NCBI GenBank assembly: GCA_963664825.1 | Contig: OY761614.1 | Location: 1,920,001 to 1,984,000 of the forward strand | Length of the DNA: 64,000 nucleotides | From: an uncultured Holophaga sp. | GTDB taxonomy: Bacteria > Acidobacteriota > Holophagae > Holophagales > Holophagaceae | Direction: 5' to 3' | Notes under the pieces: generated by a model | The model's input: only the letters and a program-made list of their open reading frames with translations | Told to the model about the DNA's origin: nothing | Databases searched by the model: none | Shown: positions 1-10,636 of the stretch, piece by piece | Position numbering within the stretch: position 1 is the stretch's first letter | How the letters are laid out: every line of letters starts with the position of its first letter | Made by a program: the position numbers and the translations under genes

Positions 1-8
1 GCGGTGGG

Positions 9-1274
9 TTGCCTATGATCGTCGGGATCGTGACTATTCCGCGCCTCGTGCATACATTGGGAGTGGACCGCTTCGGTGTTCTGACTCTGACATGGGTGGT
101 CATGGGATATTTCAGCCTGTTCGATCTGGGGTTGGGTCGGGCCCTGACCCAGATTGTCGCCGAGCGCACGGGAACTGGGGATTGCCAGGAACTTCCTGAC
201 ATCATCCGAACGGCACTGGTTATGATGGCTCTGCTGGGATTGGTGGGTGGGGTTGGCCTGAGCATAGCTTCGCCCCTCGTGGTGGGCCGCGTCCTGAAAA
301 TGTCTCCCACGCTCCATCGCGAGTCCCTGTACGCATTCGGATTGATGGCCTTTTCTGTGCCGGCCGTCACCCTGCTGGCTGGACTCCGAGGCATTCTCGA
401 AGCCCGCCAGCGTTTTTTCCAGATCAACCTCCTCCGTATGGGCATGGGCGTCCTCACCTTTTTGGGGCCCTGGTTGGTGTCCTTCAAGACGGTCCACCTT
501 TTCTGGGTGGTGCTGAGCCTGGAAGTGATGCGGTATAGCGCCCTGGTGGCGCATTACCTACTTTGCCGCCGGGTCGTGCCGGAAATGATTGGGCATAGGA
601 GCTTCCAATCCCGTCATGGGAAGACTCTGCTGCGGTTCGGGGGCTGGATGACGGTAAGCAACGTGGTCAGCCCCTTGATGGTGAACATGGACCGCTTCTT
701 CCTGGGGGCCTTCGTATCCGTGGGGGCCATCGCCTACTACGCCACCCCCTTCGATATGATCACCAAAGTGATGGTGGTTTCGAGCGCCATTGTCTCCGTG
801 CTGTTTCCCATGTTCGGCTCGCTGCACCGGGTTGATCCCGCCGAGGCTTTTCGCCTGTACCGAAAGGGACTCCGCAGCGTTTTCCTGATCCTGGCCCCCA
901 TCCTCTTCGTGGCCTGGGTCGCGTCTCCCTTCATCCTGCTGCATTGGCTTGGGCCCGATTTCGCCCGGCAGGGCAGCGGGGTCATGCGAATACTTTGCCT
1001 CGGTGTGCTGATCAACGCTCTGGCCGCGGTTCCCTTCGCGTTCATCCAGGGGATTGCCAGGCCCGACATCACCGCCAAACTCCATCTTGCGGAAGCCCCG
1101 GTCTATCTGCTGGTCCTATGGATTTTGGGCACCCATTTTGGTCTTCTGGGGGTCGCCTGGGCCTGGACCATTAGGGTCACTGCGGATTTCATCTTGTTGC
1201 TTTTGGGTGTATGGCGGTATCGAGAGGCTCTCCAGAAACCCTCAGGCCCTGACAGAGTGCCTTCGCTGGGCTAG
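9..1274 (+). CDS. wzx: Polysaccharide flippase (Wzx); true start probably upstream of the window
   Basis: Many TM helices; LG..RFG, FDLGLGRA and MDRFFLG..AIAYY motifs typical of Wzx. Confidence 0.9.
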   Translation: MPMIVGIVTIPRLVHTLGVDRFGVLTLTWVVMGYFSLFDLGLGRALTQIVAERTGTGDCQELPDIIRTALVMMALLGLVGGVGLSIASPLVVGRVLKMSPTLHRESLYAFGLMAFSVPAVTLLAGLRGILEARQRFFQINLLRMGMGVLTFLGPWLVSFKTVHLFWVVLSLEVMRYSALVAHYLLCRRVVPEMIGHRSFQSRHGKTLLRFGGWMTVSNVVSPLMVNMDRFFLGAFVSVGAIAYYATPFDMITKVMVVSSAIVSVLFPMFGSLHRVDPAEAFRLYRKGLRSVFLILAPILFVAWVASPFILLHWLGPDFARQGSGVMRILCLGVLINALAAVPFAFIQGIARPDITAKLHLAEAPVYLLVLWILGTHFGLLGVAWAWTIRVTADFILLLLGVWRYREALQKPSGPDRVPSLG

Positions 1275-1361
1275 AATGTCCGGGTGAAATGGGAAATATG
1301 AATTTCTTCACTTTCGCATCCAACACCGCTGATGGCCCTCTTTTGGGTCGAGGAGCGTGAT

Positions 1362-2630
1362 GTGACAGCATTGGTATTTTCCCTTTGTATTTTTATTTTT
1401 ATAGTTATAACCACGATTAATTATCTTGCCGGAAGAAAAGACGTTTTATATCCTGGTTTTTTGTATGGCCTTGTGTGGGTAATTGTATTTTCTGCGTATG
1501 TGTTTTCTCCGGTAGATGTTTATGATATTGGCTTTAAAACTGTATCGTTGTTGTTGTTTGGAGCTGCAGCTTTTTCGTTGGGATGTTATTTTAGCAAAAT
1601 TATTGATACGCACAGTTATAATTTAACCTATGGTAAGTGCTCAGTTCGAAGATGCGGGATATGGTTCTTGGTTTTATATTGTTTTATAGTGTTCCCATTC
1701 TTTTGTAAGGATATTCTGGCTGTTTCTGGTGGGGGATTGTCGTCTCTCCTTGATCTCCGTAATATGATGGTTTTAGCCACAAAAGATGGAGGAAGTATAT
1801 ATTCAAGCGTAATTACAGGTAGTGTTGTGATGGTTTCAATAAGCACGGCGTGTATAGCATTCATAGAGCCAAATGCAAATCGGCATGCTTTTTACGTTGC
1901 AGTCCTGTTGTCGATTGTGTACTGCGTTCTTAATACTGGACGTAATAGTCTGTTTGCACTGGTGTTTGGGCTAATTGCAATACATCTTATGAGAAAAAAC
2001 AAAACGACTTCATTTGGTTGGGCAGTCAAAAAACTTGGAATTCCATTGATATTATTTGTTTCTGTTATGATGGCGTATATGTTTGTAAATCACCAAACAG
2101 AAGGCGAAGGTTCATTTGTGCTTGCGAATAAATATTTATTCATATACCTAACGGGTGGGATTCCCGCACTGGATACAGTTGTAAATGCAAACGCGTCCAA
2201 CGCCCCGCACCATACCTTTCAATTTTTTACAAGCATTTCAAATGCATTATTCAACACGCGCTATGCACTTCCACTGCCCTTGGATAATTTTGTAAGCGTG
2301 CCATATCCGACCAACGTCTATACGGTCTACAAATTTTTCTATCAGGACTTTGGCTATAGTGGAACTATTATTGTCATGTCTGTAATTGGCTTTATTCATG
2401 GATTGGTTTATAGATTTGCCAAGATCGGCGATAAAATAGCTATATTTTTCTATGCAATGCTAACATCCCCCTTGTTGTTGAGCTTTTTTGATGACACTTA
2501 TTCGGATTTCAGAGGGCATATTAGGAATGCTTTGGTCGTGAGCTTTTGTTATATATTGTTGCCAACGGGTCACGCTCTATTTGTTTGGTTTTCCAAAAAG
2601 ACTAAAACAACAAGCCTTGGGACGTTTTGA
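1362..2630 (+). CDS. wzy: O-antigen/oligosaccharide repeat-unit polymerase (Wzy)
   Basis: AT-rich polytopic membrane protein with PTNVYT..YQDFG motif; GAGGAG RBS before GTG 1362. Confidence 0.8.
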   Translation: MTALVFSLCIFIFIVITTINYLAGRKDVLYPGFLYGLVWVIVFSAYVFSPVDVYDIGFKTVSLLLFGAAAFSLGCYFSKIIDTHSYNLTYGKCSVRRCGIWFLVLYCFIVFPFFCKDILAVSGGGLSSLLDLRNMMVLATKDGGSIYSSVITGSVVMVSISTACIAFIEPNANRHAFYVAVLLSIVYCVLNTGRNSLFALVFGLIAIHLMRKNKTTSFGWAVKKLGIPLILFVSVMMAYMFVNHQTEGEGSFVLANKYLFIYLTGGIPALDTVVNANASNAPHHTFQFFTSISNALFNTRYALPLPLDNFVSVPYPTNVYTVYKFFYQDFGYSGTIIVMSVIGFIHGLVYRFAKIGDKIAIFFYAMLTSPLLLSFFDDTYSDFRGHIRNALVVSFCYILLPTGHALFVWFSKKTKTTSLGTF

Positions 2631-2758
2631 TGGCCTATTTAAGTGCAATACTGTTGCACGGTCCATGTATGGGGTATCTAATGGAATAGGACATCTTCAT
2701 GCGCCGGAGGACGTTTTTAAAAACAAGCTATTTATTGTTGCAAACAGGAAGGCGGACA

Positions 2759-3706
2759 ATGAACACCACGGATCATCGTATGTGTATTAGAATGGTTGCC
2801 GTTATAGCGTTGTACAAAATGCAACCATGCGAATCAATAGCTTTATCTTCACTGCGGAAGGCGATTAGCTATTTGCCAAACGAGCAGGCAAAGGTGAAGA
2901 TCCTGCTGTATGATAACACTCCCGGTGGGCAGGCTATCGGCGAGTTGCCGGATGATGTATTATACAAGGCAAATCCTGAAAATGGTGCATTGTCTGCTGC
3001 CTGTAACTACGCGCTTGAAATTGCCGAGAAAGAGTGTTTTGAATGGCTTATCACCCTGAATCAGGACACTGACTTGCCCCAAGATTTTTTAAGTAAACTT
3101 TTAGACGCAGTAAGGTTAGTATCTCCCATGCAAAAAATCGCAGGGGTAGTGCCGCGCATATCCAGTGATGGGCGTGTTGTATCGCCCTATGTGCAGATGA
3201 GATTTTGGACTCTTCGTAAATATTTCCAAGATGGGTTTGTCGGAATTTCCACAAAAGAAGTACATGCCGCAAATTCGGCATCAATGATCAAGGTTAGCGC
3301 GTTGAAATCGATAGGTGGATTCGATCCGCGGTTCTCGCTTGATTTAGTTGATTTTGATATTGATCATCGGCTTTATTGCAATAATATGCATTTTTTTGTA
3401 GCTGGGAACATTCATGTCGGGCTTGAACTGTCTAGCAATGACTTGAAGAGGAGGTCATCTCCCGGTCGGTATGAAGATTACTTGCGTGCGGAAGAAGTAT
3501 ATTGTGACGAGTACTTTGGAAGAATTGTGAGTACAGTTGTCATGGCAAAACTTATCTACCGAATATGTTATAAGCTATGGTGTAACGGTGGAAATATGGC
3601 GTATCGCAAAATCGCCTTTAAATTTTTGTGTAGAAGACTATTTTGTTCGAAAACACGTCGCAAAGGGAACTGGAAGCCTTTAACAAGCCGACCCCAGTGT
3701 CTATAA
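2759..3706 (+). CDS. Glycosyltransferase family 2
   Basis: LYDNTP, ENGALSAACN, LNQDT, GGFDPRF motifs. Confidence 0.85.
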   Translation: MNTTDHRMCIRMVAVIALYKMQPCESIALSSLRKAISYLPNEQAKVKILLYDNTPGGQAIGELPDDVLYKANPENGALSAACNYALEIAEKECFEWLITLNQDTDLPQDFLSKLLDAVRLVSPMQKIAGVVPRISSDGRVVSPYVQMRFWTLRKYFQDGFVGISTKEVHAANSASMIKVSALKSIGGFDPRFSLDLVDFDIDHRLYCNNMHFFVAGNIHVGLELSSNDLKRRSSPGRYEDYLRAEEVYCDEYFGRIVSTVVMAKLIYRICYKLWCNGGNMAYRKIAFKFLCRRLFCSKTRRKGNWKPLTSRPQCL

Positions 3707-3743
3707 TTATCGTACTATATAACAAATAGTAAGGAATAGATGT

Positions 3744-4712
3744 ATGCCTCCCGAAAAACAACTCAATATAAATGATAGCGGTGTTTTCAGGCTTCTTGCT
3801 GTCGTTGTTCTTTATAAGATGAAACCAGCGCAATCCGCCTGCTTTGCTACTTTGCAAAAAGCATTCTCGTGTTTAGGGCATGGTCAAGCAGATATTAAAA
3901 TTCTGCTGTATGACAACACGCCCAAAGGTCAAGATCCTGGCTTTCTGCCTGATGATGTAATATACAAAGCGAATGCTGATAATGGAGGGGTATCAGTAGC
4001 CTACAACTATGCATTGGAACTTGCACAGCATGATGGTTATGATTGGCTACTGACATTGGATCAGGATACAAGACTTCCGGAAGATTTCCTGTGTAAACTA
4101 TATGACGCTGCAATGTTTATAGCACCCATGCAGGATGTTGCAGCGGTTGCGCCTAAGCTAACGAGCGATGGCCGGGACGTGTCTCCATTTACGCTGACGA
4201 AATATCTTCGAATCATGAGACATTATCCAGATGAATTTGTTGGGATTCCCCTGAAAGCAGTTGATGCGATTAATTCGGGATATTTGATCAAAGTCAGTGC
4301 ACTCAATGCAATAGGCGGATACGACCGTAAGCTAACTCTTGACTTCTGTGACATTGCGCTAGGCAACCGTCTACACAGCAAGAATTTACGAGTATATGTT
4401 GCTGGAAATATTCACGTGGTGCACGAGTTGTCAGTGTTTGAGCTCATGCAGCGAGCCGATTCTACCAGGTATGAAAACATCCTACGTGCGGAAGAATATT
4501 ATTATGACAAGTATTTAGGGAGGCGGCATGGCGCGGTGCTGCTGCTAAGGTTGTTGTTTCGGGTGCTATACAGGCTGGGGAGAGCCGGAGCGACTCGCCC
4601 CTACTTCTTTGTCGCAATGAAATATATATCCAGAAGGGCTTTCTTTTCGCGCAGGCATCGTTTAAAAAGTCAGGACTGTCGTTTTGGATTGCTGGCACCT
4701 GGGTGTCTGTGA
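3744..4712 (+). CDS. Glycosyltransferase family 2, paralog of the upstream gene
   Basis: LYDNTP, DNGGVSVAYN, LDQDT, INSG, GGYD motifs. Confidence 0.88.
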   Translation: MPPEKQLNINDSGVFRLLAVVVLYKMKPAQSACFATLQKAFSCLGHGQADIKILLYDNTPKGQDPGFLPDDVIYKANADNGGVSVAYNYALELAQHDGYDWLLTLDQDTRLPEDFLCKLYDAAMFIAPMQDVAAVAPKLTSDGRDVSPFTLTKYLRIMRHYPDEFVGIPLKAVDAINSGYLIKVSALNAIGGYDRKLTLDFCDIALGNRLHSKNLRVYVAGNIHVVHELSVFELMQRADSTRYENILRAEEYYYDKYLGRRHGAVLLLRLLFRVLYRLGRAGATRPYFFVAMKYISRRAFFSRRHRLKSQDCRFGLLAPGCL

Positions 4713-4817
4713 TTTGTGGTGAAGGTGTTCATTGATCTTACGAAACTATAACCTAGTAAGATAATGATCCGGGGGCATGTGGAATGGCCTCCGGAATAAG
4801 AACAGGCAGTTTGTATC

Positions 4818-5969
4818 ATGAATGGAGTCGCTATGCAAAAAACGAGCATTCTTGTCACGGGCGGGATGGGTTTCATCGGCACCCACCTGATTCGGAGTTT
4901 GTGTGCCCAAGGTCACTCGGTCCGGGTGATCGACAACCTCAGTCCTCAGATCCATGGCCACCTACCCGTGGTGAATCCTGATGTGGCGCAGGACCCCAAT
5001 ATCGAGTTCACCCGAGCGGACATTCTGTCCCCCCGGGCACTGGACGAGGCCTTCCAGGGGGTGGACTACCTGGTACATCTCGCCGCGGAAACGGGAACGG
5101 CCCAGTCAATGTATGAGATTGCGCACTACAATGCCGTCAATTCCCAGGGTACGGCTGAGGTCTTAGACCGTTTGGTGAACACTAAACACTCTATCAAGAA
5201 GGTCATCCTTGCTTCATCTCGTTCGATTTACGGCGAAGGAGCCTACCGGTGCGATACCTGTGGAATCGTCACACCCGTCGCTCGCTCGGCGGAAGCTCTG
5301 GCTGCAGGGAGATGGGAACCTGACTGCCCTAGCTGCCATGGATCCCTTCAGCTAATCGCCACGCCAGAGGTCTCACGGCCATTACCAGCCTCGATTTATG
5401 CGGCCACCAAACTGGCCCAGGAAGACTTAGTGCGCATCGCCTGCGAGTCCAGCGGGATCCCGCATGCCATTCTCCGGTTCCAGAACGTGTATGGGGAAGG
5501 TCAGTCCCTCAAAAACCCCTATACGGGCATCCTGTCGATCTTCTCGACCCGGATCCGGCGCGGAATGGATCTTCCGATCTTCGAGGATGGGATGGAGAGC
5601 CGAGATTTCGTGCATGTATCGGATGTGGTGAAGGCGATTCGGCTGTGCTTGGAGTCGGAGGTCGTGACTGGCCAGGTGTTCAATGTTGGTTCTGGGGTGC
5701 CCACCTCTGTCCTTGACGTGGCCAAGATGCTCATCGAAATTTTCAAGCGTTCCTCCAAGACGGTAATTACAGGTCAGTATCGCGTGGGGGATATCCGGCA
5801 TTGTTATGCCGATATCTCTGCGCTCAGCGCTGCCACGGGCTTTGTGCCTGTCATGAGTCTAGAGGATGGGTTGGCGGCCTTCGGGGAGTGGGTCGCCAGC
5901 CAACCACTCCCCGAGGACGGATTGGATCGGGCCAATCGTGTCCTGATCGAAAAAGGATTAATGAAATGA
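4818..5969 (+). CDS. NAD-dependent sugar epimerase/dehydratase (extended SDR)
   Basis: GGMGFIG, YAATK, RFQNVYG, RDFVHV. Confidence 0.92.
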   Translation: MNGVAMQKTSILVTGGMGFIGTHLIRSLCAQGHSVRVIDNLSPQIHGHLPVVNPDVAQDPNIEFTRADILSPRALDEAFQGVDYLVHLAAETGTAQSMYEIAHYNAVNSQGTAEVLDRLVNTKHSIKKVILASSRSIYGEGAYRCDTCGIVTPVARSAEALAAGRWEPDCPSCHGSLQLIATPEVSRPLPASIYAATKLAQEDLVRIACESSGIPHAILRFQNVYGEGQSLKNPYTGILSIFSTRIRRGMDLPIFEDGMESRDFVHVSDVVKAIRLCLESEVVTGQVFNVGSGVPTSVLDVAKMLIEIFKRSSKTVITGQYRVGDIRHCYADISALSAATGFVPVMSLEDGLAAFGEWVASQPLPEDGLDRANRVLIEKGLMK

Positions 5970-6508
5970 CCCTTGTCTCATTACTCAAGGCGGATGCGGA
6001 ACGCCAGTTCCACTATGCCGGGCGGAGGGTGGACAAGGTAACCCTGGGGGCGCTCCTGAAGGTCTGCTTCTCGCCGAGATTCCTCCCAGGTCTCTTGTTC
6101 CGATTGGGATCCTGGTGCGCTATCCACCACCTCCGGCCACTTGGGAAGGTTCTGTCTCTCATCAACTTCCTGGTATTTGGACTGGAGATTGGCTTGGACT
6201 GTCCGATTGGGCCAGGGCTATTCTTCCCTCATACCTCAGGGACTGTTATTGGCGCGAAGCGGATCGGGGCCAACGCAGTGATCTATCACAACGTTACCAT
6301 TGGCGCCAAGATCCCTGACCTTCAGAACCTTGGTGAACTGCGTCCCGAGATCGGTGACAATGCATTCCTTGGTGCGGGCTGCAAGATTTTGGGGCCCATT
6401 GTGCTTGGAGATTGCGTGACTGTTGGGGCAAATTCCGTAATCCTTCAGTCGATTCCATCCGGCAGTTTGGTGGTTGGTGTGCCGGGGAAGGTGCTAGATC
6501 GAAAGTGA
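5966..6508 (+). CDS. Hexapeptide-repeat O-acetyltransferase (CysE-like)
   Basis: IGPGLFFPH, IGDNAFLGAG, VGANSV, VGVPG; ATGA overlap with upstream stop. Confidence 0.88.
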   Translation: MTLVSLLKADAERQFHYAGRRVDKVTLGALLKVCFSPRFLPGLLFRLGSWCAIHHLRPLGKVLSLINFLVFGLEIGLDCPIGPGLFFPHTSGTVIGAKRIGANAVIYHNVTIGAKIPDLQNLGELRPEIGDNAFLGAGCKILGPIVLGDCVTVGANSVILQSIPSGSLVVGVPGKVLDRK

Positions 6509-7548
6509 TGGTGAAATTGCTGGGAGACAGCCTGATGGGGGAAATCGATACGTTCTTTTGGGGGCGGCAGATTCTCCTTATTGCACCGCGCTTTTTTGGA
6601 TACGAAACCAAGATCGTGGAGCACTTGCAAGGCCTGGGTGCCGAAGTTCAGTTTCTGGATGAAAGACCCGGAAATTCATTTTTCATTAAAGCCCTGATCC
6701 GGATCCGCTCTCCTCTGGCGCGGCCCATCATTCGACGGTATTACCGGACGGCATTAGATGTTCTCAAAAAAAAATGTTTTGATGACATTTTAATAATTAG
6801 CCCCGAGTGTTGTGACGAGGCAGTGCTTTGCAATATCCGGCGGACCCAGCCAAAGGCGAGGGTTATTCTATACATGTGGGATGCTTTGGCTCACAAAGGT
6901 TGGAAAGGCATTCGGGCGATCACTTTTGTATCCAAGTTTGACCGTGCTCTATCTTTTGATGATGTCGATGCAGCAAAGTTCGGAATGATATTACGGCCGC
7001 TATTCTATTCGACGACGGTTGGCCAACCGGATCCCGATGGGTTGACTTACACCTTCTCATTCATCGGGACAATCCATAGTGATCGCTTTAGGGTCCTGAA
7101 GTCGCTCAGCCATTGCGCACAAACACGGAATCTTAAAACGTTTGTTCACCCATACTTGCCTAGTCGAATCCTCTACTGGCTCTTCAGGCTAACAAAACCA
7201 GAATTCAGAGGTATCTCTCTAGAGACGTTCGCATACTCACCCATGCCATATGAAAAAGTTTTGGATGTGTTTCGGGCATCTCAATGTATTGTAGACATTG
7301 AGCACCCTGGGCAGCGGGGATTAACCATGCGCACCCTGGAAGTGATCGGATCTGGCAAACACCTGATCACGACCAATCCGAATATCAAGTGCTACCCCTT
7401 CTTTCGGCCGGATCGGGTCACCGTGATAGATCGCCACGATGTCATGCTACCGGATCCCATTCCGGTACCAAGTCCATTGGATAATGAAGAAAAACATGCT
7501 TTAAGCCTATCTGGCTGGTGTGAAGATGTATTCGATTTTGAAGTTTAA
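6505..7548 (+). CDS. Polysaccharide biosynthesis protein, putative glycosyltransferase
   Basis: YMWD, SFIGT.H.DR, DIEHPGQRGLTMRTLE motifs; locus context. Confidence 0.7.
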   Translation: MMVKLLGDSLMGEIDTFFWGRQILLIAPRFFGYETKIVEHLQGLGAEVQFLDERPGNSFFIKALIRIRSPLARPIIRRYYRTALDVLKKKCFDDILIISPECCDEAVLCNIRRTQPKARVILYMWDALAHKGWKGIRAITFVSKFDRALSFDDVDAAKFGMILRPLFYSTTVGQPDPDGLTYTFSFIGTIHSDRFRVLKSLSHCAQTRNLKTFVHPYLPSRILYWLFRLTKPEFRGISLETFAYSPMPYEKVLDVFRASQCIVDIEHPGQRGLTMRTLEVIGSGKHLITTNPNIKCYPFFRPDRVTVIDRHDVMLPDPIPVPSPLDNEEKHALSLSGWCEDVFDFEV

Positions 7549-7556
7549 AAAAATAA

Positions 7557-8225
7557 TCAAAGTAAGAATTTGAGCGTCTCCGGCGGCTCGGGCAAATCTT
7601 TGAAATAGCGTTTATATGCATCACTGCCTGGATGTAGAACAGACCAAGCAGTGAGAAAAATCATTATAAAGTAATTTATGAGGTTTCGTCGTTCGACATA
7701 CCATAGCTCTAGCTGCCCTTTGTACGGTGCGATAATTTCATCGTGCAGGTGTTTTCTGTCACCGCCAGCCCGATTTAAGATGCCCTCCTCATCACGGAAT
7801 ATGAGGGAGCCTATCCCTGTTAGGCCAGGTCGAAAGCCAAGGATGGTTGCGCGCGTGGCCTCGGGATAGAGATCAAGATGTGCTTGGACGATAGGTCTTG
7901 GGCCAACAAGGCTCATTTGACCACAGAATATATTAATAAGTTGTGGCAGTTCGTTAATTTTTGTCTTTCGTAAAAAATTGCCCATCGGAAGAATCCGTGG
8001 GTCCTTTTCTTGAGTAATGCAGCCACCAGGCATCTGAGGGCTATTAAGAAGCATCGTTGCAAATTTGAATACTTTAAATTCTTTGCCGTCCTTCCCGATG
8101 CGAGGTTGAAGATAGAAAATATAATGCTCACCCGTGAGGTGGAGGCCAACCATGATTGGGATCATAAAGGGAAGCAAGATCAGCATAGCAAAGAATGAAA
8201 ATATGATATCAAAGAAGCGTGTCAT
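7557..8225 (-). CDS. Undecaprenyl-phosphate sugar phosphotransferase (PglC/WbaP C-terminal type)
   Basis: RFFDI, KFATM, INELPQL, MSLVGPRP, PGLTG. Confidence 0.92.
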   Translation of the reverse strand: MTRFFDIIFSFFAMLILLPFMIPIMVGLHLTGEHYIFYLQPRIGKDGKEFKVFKFATMLLNSPQMPGGCITQEKDPRILPMGNFLRKTKINELPQLINIFCGQMSLVGPRPIVQAHLDLYPEATRATILGFRPGLTGIGSLIFRDEEGILNRAGGDRKHLHDEIIAPYKGQLELWYVERRNLINYFIMIFLTAWSVLHPGSDAYKRYFKDLPEPPETLKFLL

Positions 8226-9416
8226 TTACATCCTCCCGTCCAGAAATTTGCCGGTTTCCATGTGGTTGAAATTTGGAATGGTCGTATTGAAAAGTTCGAC
8301 GAGCTCATGGCGTGTCCACTTCCCTCGCCTGCGCATGGCTGCAATGCACTGTTCAAAATATTCAAGGCGAGTTTTGTCAAAATTGGCTGCATTTTTAATG
8401 ATTCCAACTGTGTTGAAGCGATTCATGTCGAGTGTCTCAAATTCAGTATAGAACTCTTCAAAATCTTTCTCGCCAGTGGTGTCGCTGGAGAAGAAATATA
8501 CTGGCCATTGACGTTTTGCTTTAAGTTCACTTACCTTGGATCTAGCTTCTTCCTCGCTCTCGCAGTGCACTGGTTCGTAATCATGATGTTTGAGGTAGCG
8601 TTCTGCGATTTCGGAAAAGGTGATGAGATTGAGATCCTCATCGAGTTTTGGGAAAAAAAGGTCTCGATTTTCACCCAGGAGTGCTGACAGGAGGCAGAGT
8701 TCTCCGGATTCTTTGGGTGTTACAAAATAGCGCCTAACGTCGTTAGGCGCAGATAAGGGTTGATTTTTCTCCATACGTCGATTAAATCCATAGAGAAGGC
8801 TTCCATCTGAAAAAGCCACATTGGCGAAACGGGCAGTTGAAACAGGGATTTCAAGGCTTCTGCGCACAAGGAACATTTCCATGATGCGCTTGCTTGCGCC
8901 CATCATGTTGACCGGGTTCGCAGCCTTGTCTGTGGATACACAAAAGTAATTTCGAGCACCTTTAGAGTTGGCTTGGCGCATCGTTTTGTCTGTGTTGAAA
9001 ACATTGACATCCACCATCCGCATGAGTGTCCACGGGTCCTTCTCGCTGCGCACATGCTTCAAGGCTGAAAGGTTGAGGACATAATCGTACCCGGTCCCAT
9101 TCGCCATGAATGTGTCAAAAATATCGCTGCCTGCATCGATAGCAAAGGTTGCAAATTCGCCTTTAATATATCCAAGGGAACTGCGGATATCTCGTACGAG
9201 TTCAACCATGTTATTTTCGGATATATCCACAACATGGAGAAGCTTGGGATGCCTGCAAAATATTTCCCGAGTTACAGCCTGACCGATCGAGCCTGCACCG
9301 CCTATGACCAAGAACCGGGATTTTTTAACGAGTTCCGATATTGCGGCTGTATTGGCTAAAATATCCTCACAAAATAGTTCCCTCTCGCGGTCAATGAGGC
9401 CAAGGATAGTATCCAT
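8226..9416 (-). CDS. UDP-GlcNAc 4,6-dehydratase family (Polysacc_synt_2)
   Basis: GGAGSIG, ALKHV, STDKAANP..MGASK, RFANV. Confidence 0.9.
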   Translation of the reverse strand: MDTILGLIDRERELFCEDILANTAAISELVKKSRFLVIGGAGSIGQAVTREIFCRHPKLLHVVDISENNMVELVRDIRSSLGYIKGEFATFAIDAGSDIFDTFMANGTGYDYVLNLSALKHVRSEKDPWTLMRMVDVNVFNTDKTMRQANSKGARNYFCVSTDKAANPVNMMGASKRIMEMFLVRRSLEIPVSTARFANVAFSDGSLLYGFNRRMEKNQPLSAPNDVRRYFVTPKESGELCLLSALLGENRDLFFPKLDEDLNLITFSEIAERYLKHHDYEPVHCESEEEARSKVSELKAKRQWPVYFFSSDTTGEKDFEEFYTEFETLDMNRFNTVGIIKNAANFDKTRLEYFEQCIAAMRRRGKWTRHELVELFNTTIPNFNHMETGKFLDGRM

Positions 9417-9740
9417 CAGTGTAATTCCTTTTGCGATTGTGTTTCTGTTTTAATGCTAAATTGCTTAGGTATGGAATGGCATTCATGAATGCGATTGTGT
9501 CAATTTAAACTGCCAATATTTAAACAAGTCTATCTTGCACCGCCCATATTTTCTGGGCTCCCTACTTCGACTAGCTGCTCAAGGCTCTCCATGTTGCTTA
9601 CTCGAACCAACCCTTCCCGGCCTCCGAACCCGCCTAAGCTCAGGAGGCACCGTGAACTCGAATCTTGGACAGAGACGACCCAAGGTCTATCCACGCTCAT
9701 AAGTGCGAGGGGGTGAATCGATACCATACGATTTCATGTC

Positions 9741-10448
9741 CTAGGGTCTTTGACATGTCTCTCTTCCCACACAAAAAGGCACATTTTCAACCCTGATGTG
9801 GGTGCGGAGCCCGCCATCGCAGCGTGAAGTGCATGGTTTCTGGGTTTTAGGACAAACAAATAATCTTAGCCATGATTTTTCCGCGTCAGATTCCGAACTC
9901 CCTACAACACGCAGGATTATTATTGCGCCTGCACATATCAGACCGAACCATCCAGTAGAGATAATAGTGTTTGAACTGTTTTGTAAGTTATCATAGCTAT
10001 AGGCATACAGACAAGGTATGATGGTTGAAGCGGCGGTTAAAACAATAAAAACAGCGCATTGTCCATTCGTATAGGTCGGTACTGATATTCCCTTATTACA
10101 TTCAGAGTAGCCCTTTAGCGAAAAATAGTGGTATTCCCAGTTTGATAGCCCAGTAATGCGCATGTAGCTGGTGAGTATACGCATTTTCTTCCGAATCACA
10201 CAAAGGTACCAAAACATTGTCGTTAAAAATATGTTAATGCAAATAGAGCCGAAACACGAAATTAAAGGGGTATTGCTATTTCCAAAACTCCTTGTCAATA
10301 TAATTGTTATTCCGGCAAAAAATGCCGTGATGGCAGCCATGGTCACCAGAAAACGCTGCATTACAAGTTGGTTTACTTCGTTATGCAATTTAGCGACATC
10401 AGGATCTGTTAAATCCTCGCCGGTGCGATTGTAAAATCTGGACAGCAT
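9741..10448 (-). CDS. Hypothetical AT-rich membrane protein (about 4 TM)
   Basis: GGAGAGG RBS before ATG 10448; four hydrophobic stretches; Cys-rich tail. Confidence 0.6.
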   Translation of the reverse strand: MLSRFYNRTGEDLTDPDVAKLHNEVNQLVMQRFLVTMAAITAFFAGITIILTRSFGNSNTPLISCFGSICINIFLTTMFWYLCVIRKKMRILTSYMRITGLSNWEYHYFSLKGYSECNKGISVPTYTNGQCAVFIVLTAASTIIPCLYAYSYDNLQNSSNTIISTGWFGLICAGAIIILRVVGSSESDAEKSWLRLFVCPKTQKPCTSRCDGGLRTHIRVENVPFCVGRETCQRP

Positions 10449-10636
10449 AGCCTCTCCAAATTGCATTAACATTATATGTATCAATTCATTTACATATTTT
10501 AACACTATTGTTCGTTTGTGCTTCTCGAAGATTGAATCTGGCAGCGGGGAAAACATCAGTCGATTCCTGCCGAGGAGCGCCAAATGAAAGCTCTATTTCG
10601 ACAGAATCCATCCGTGATTGCGCAGAATCCCGGGTT

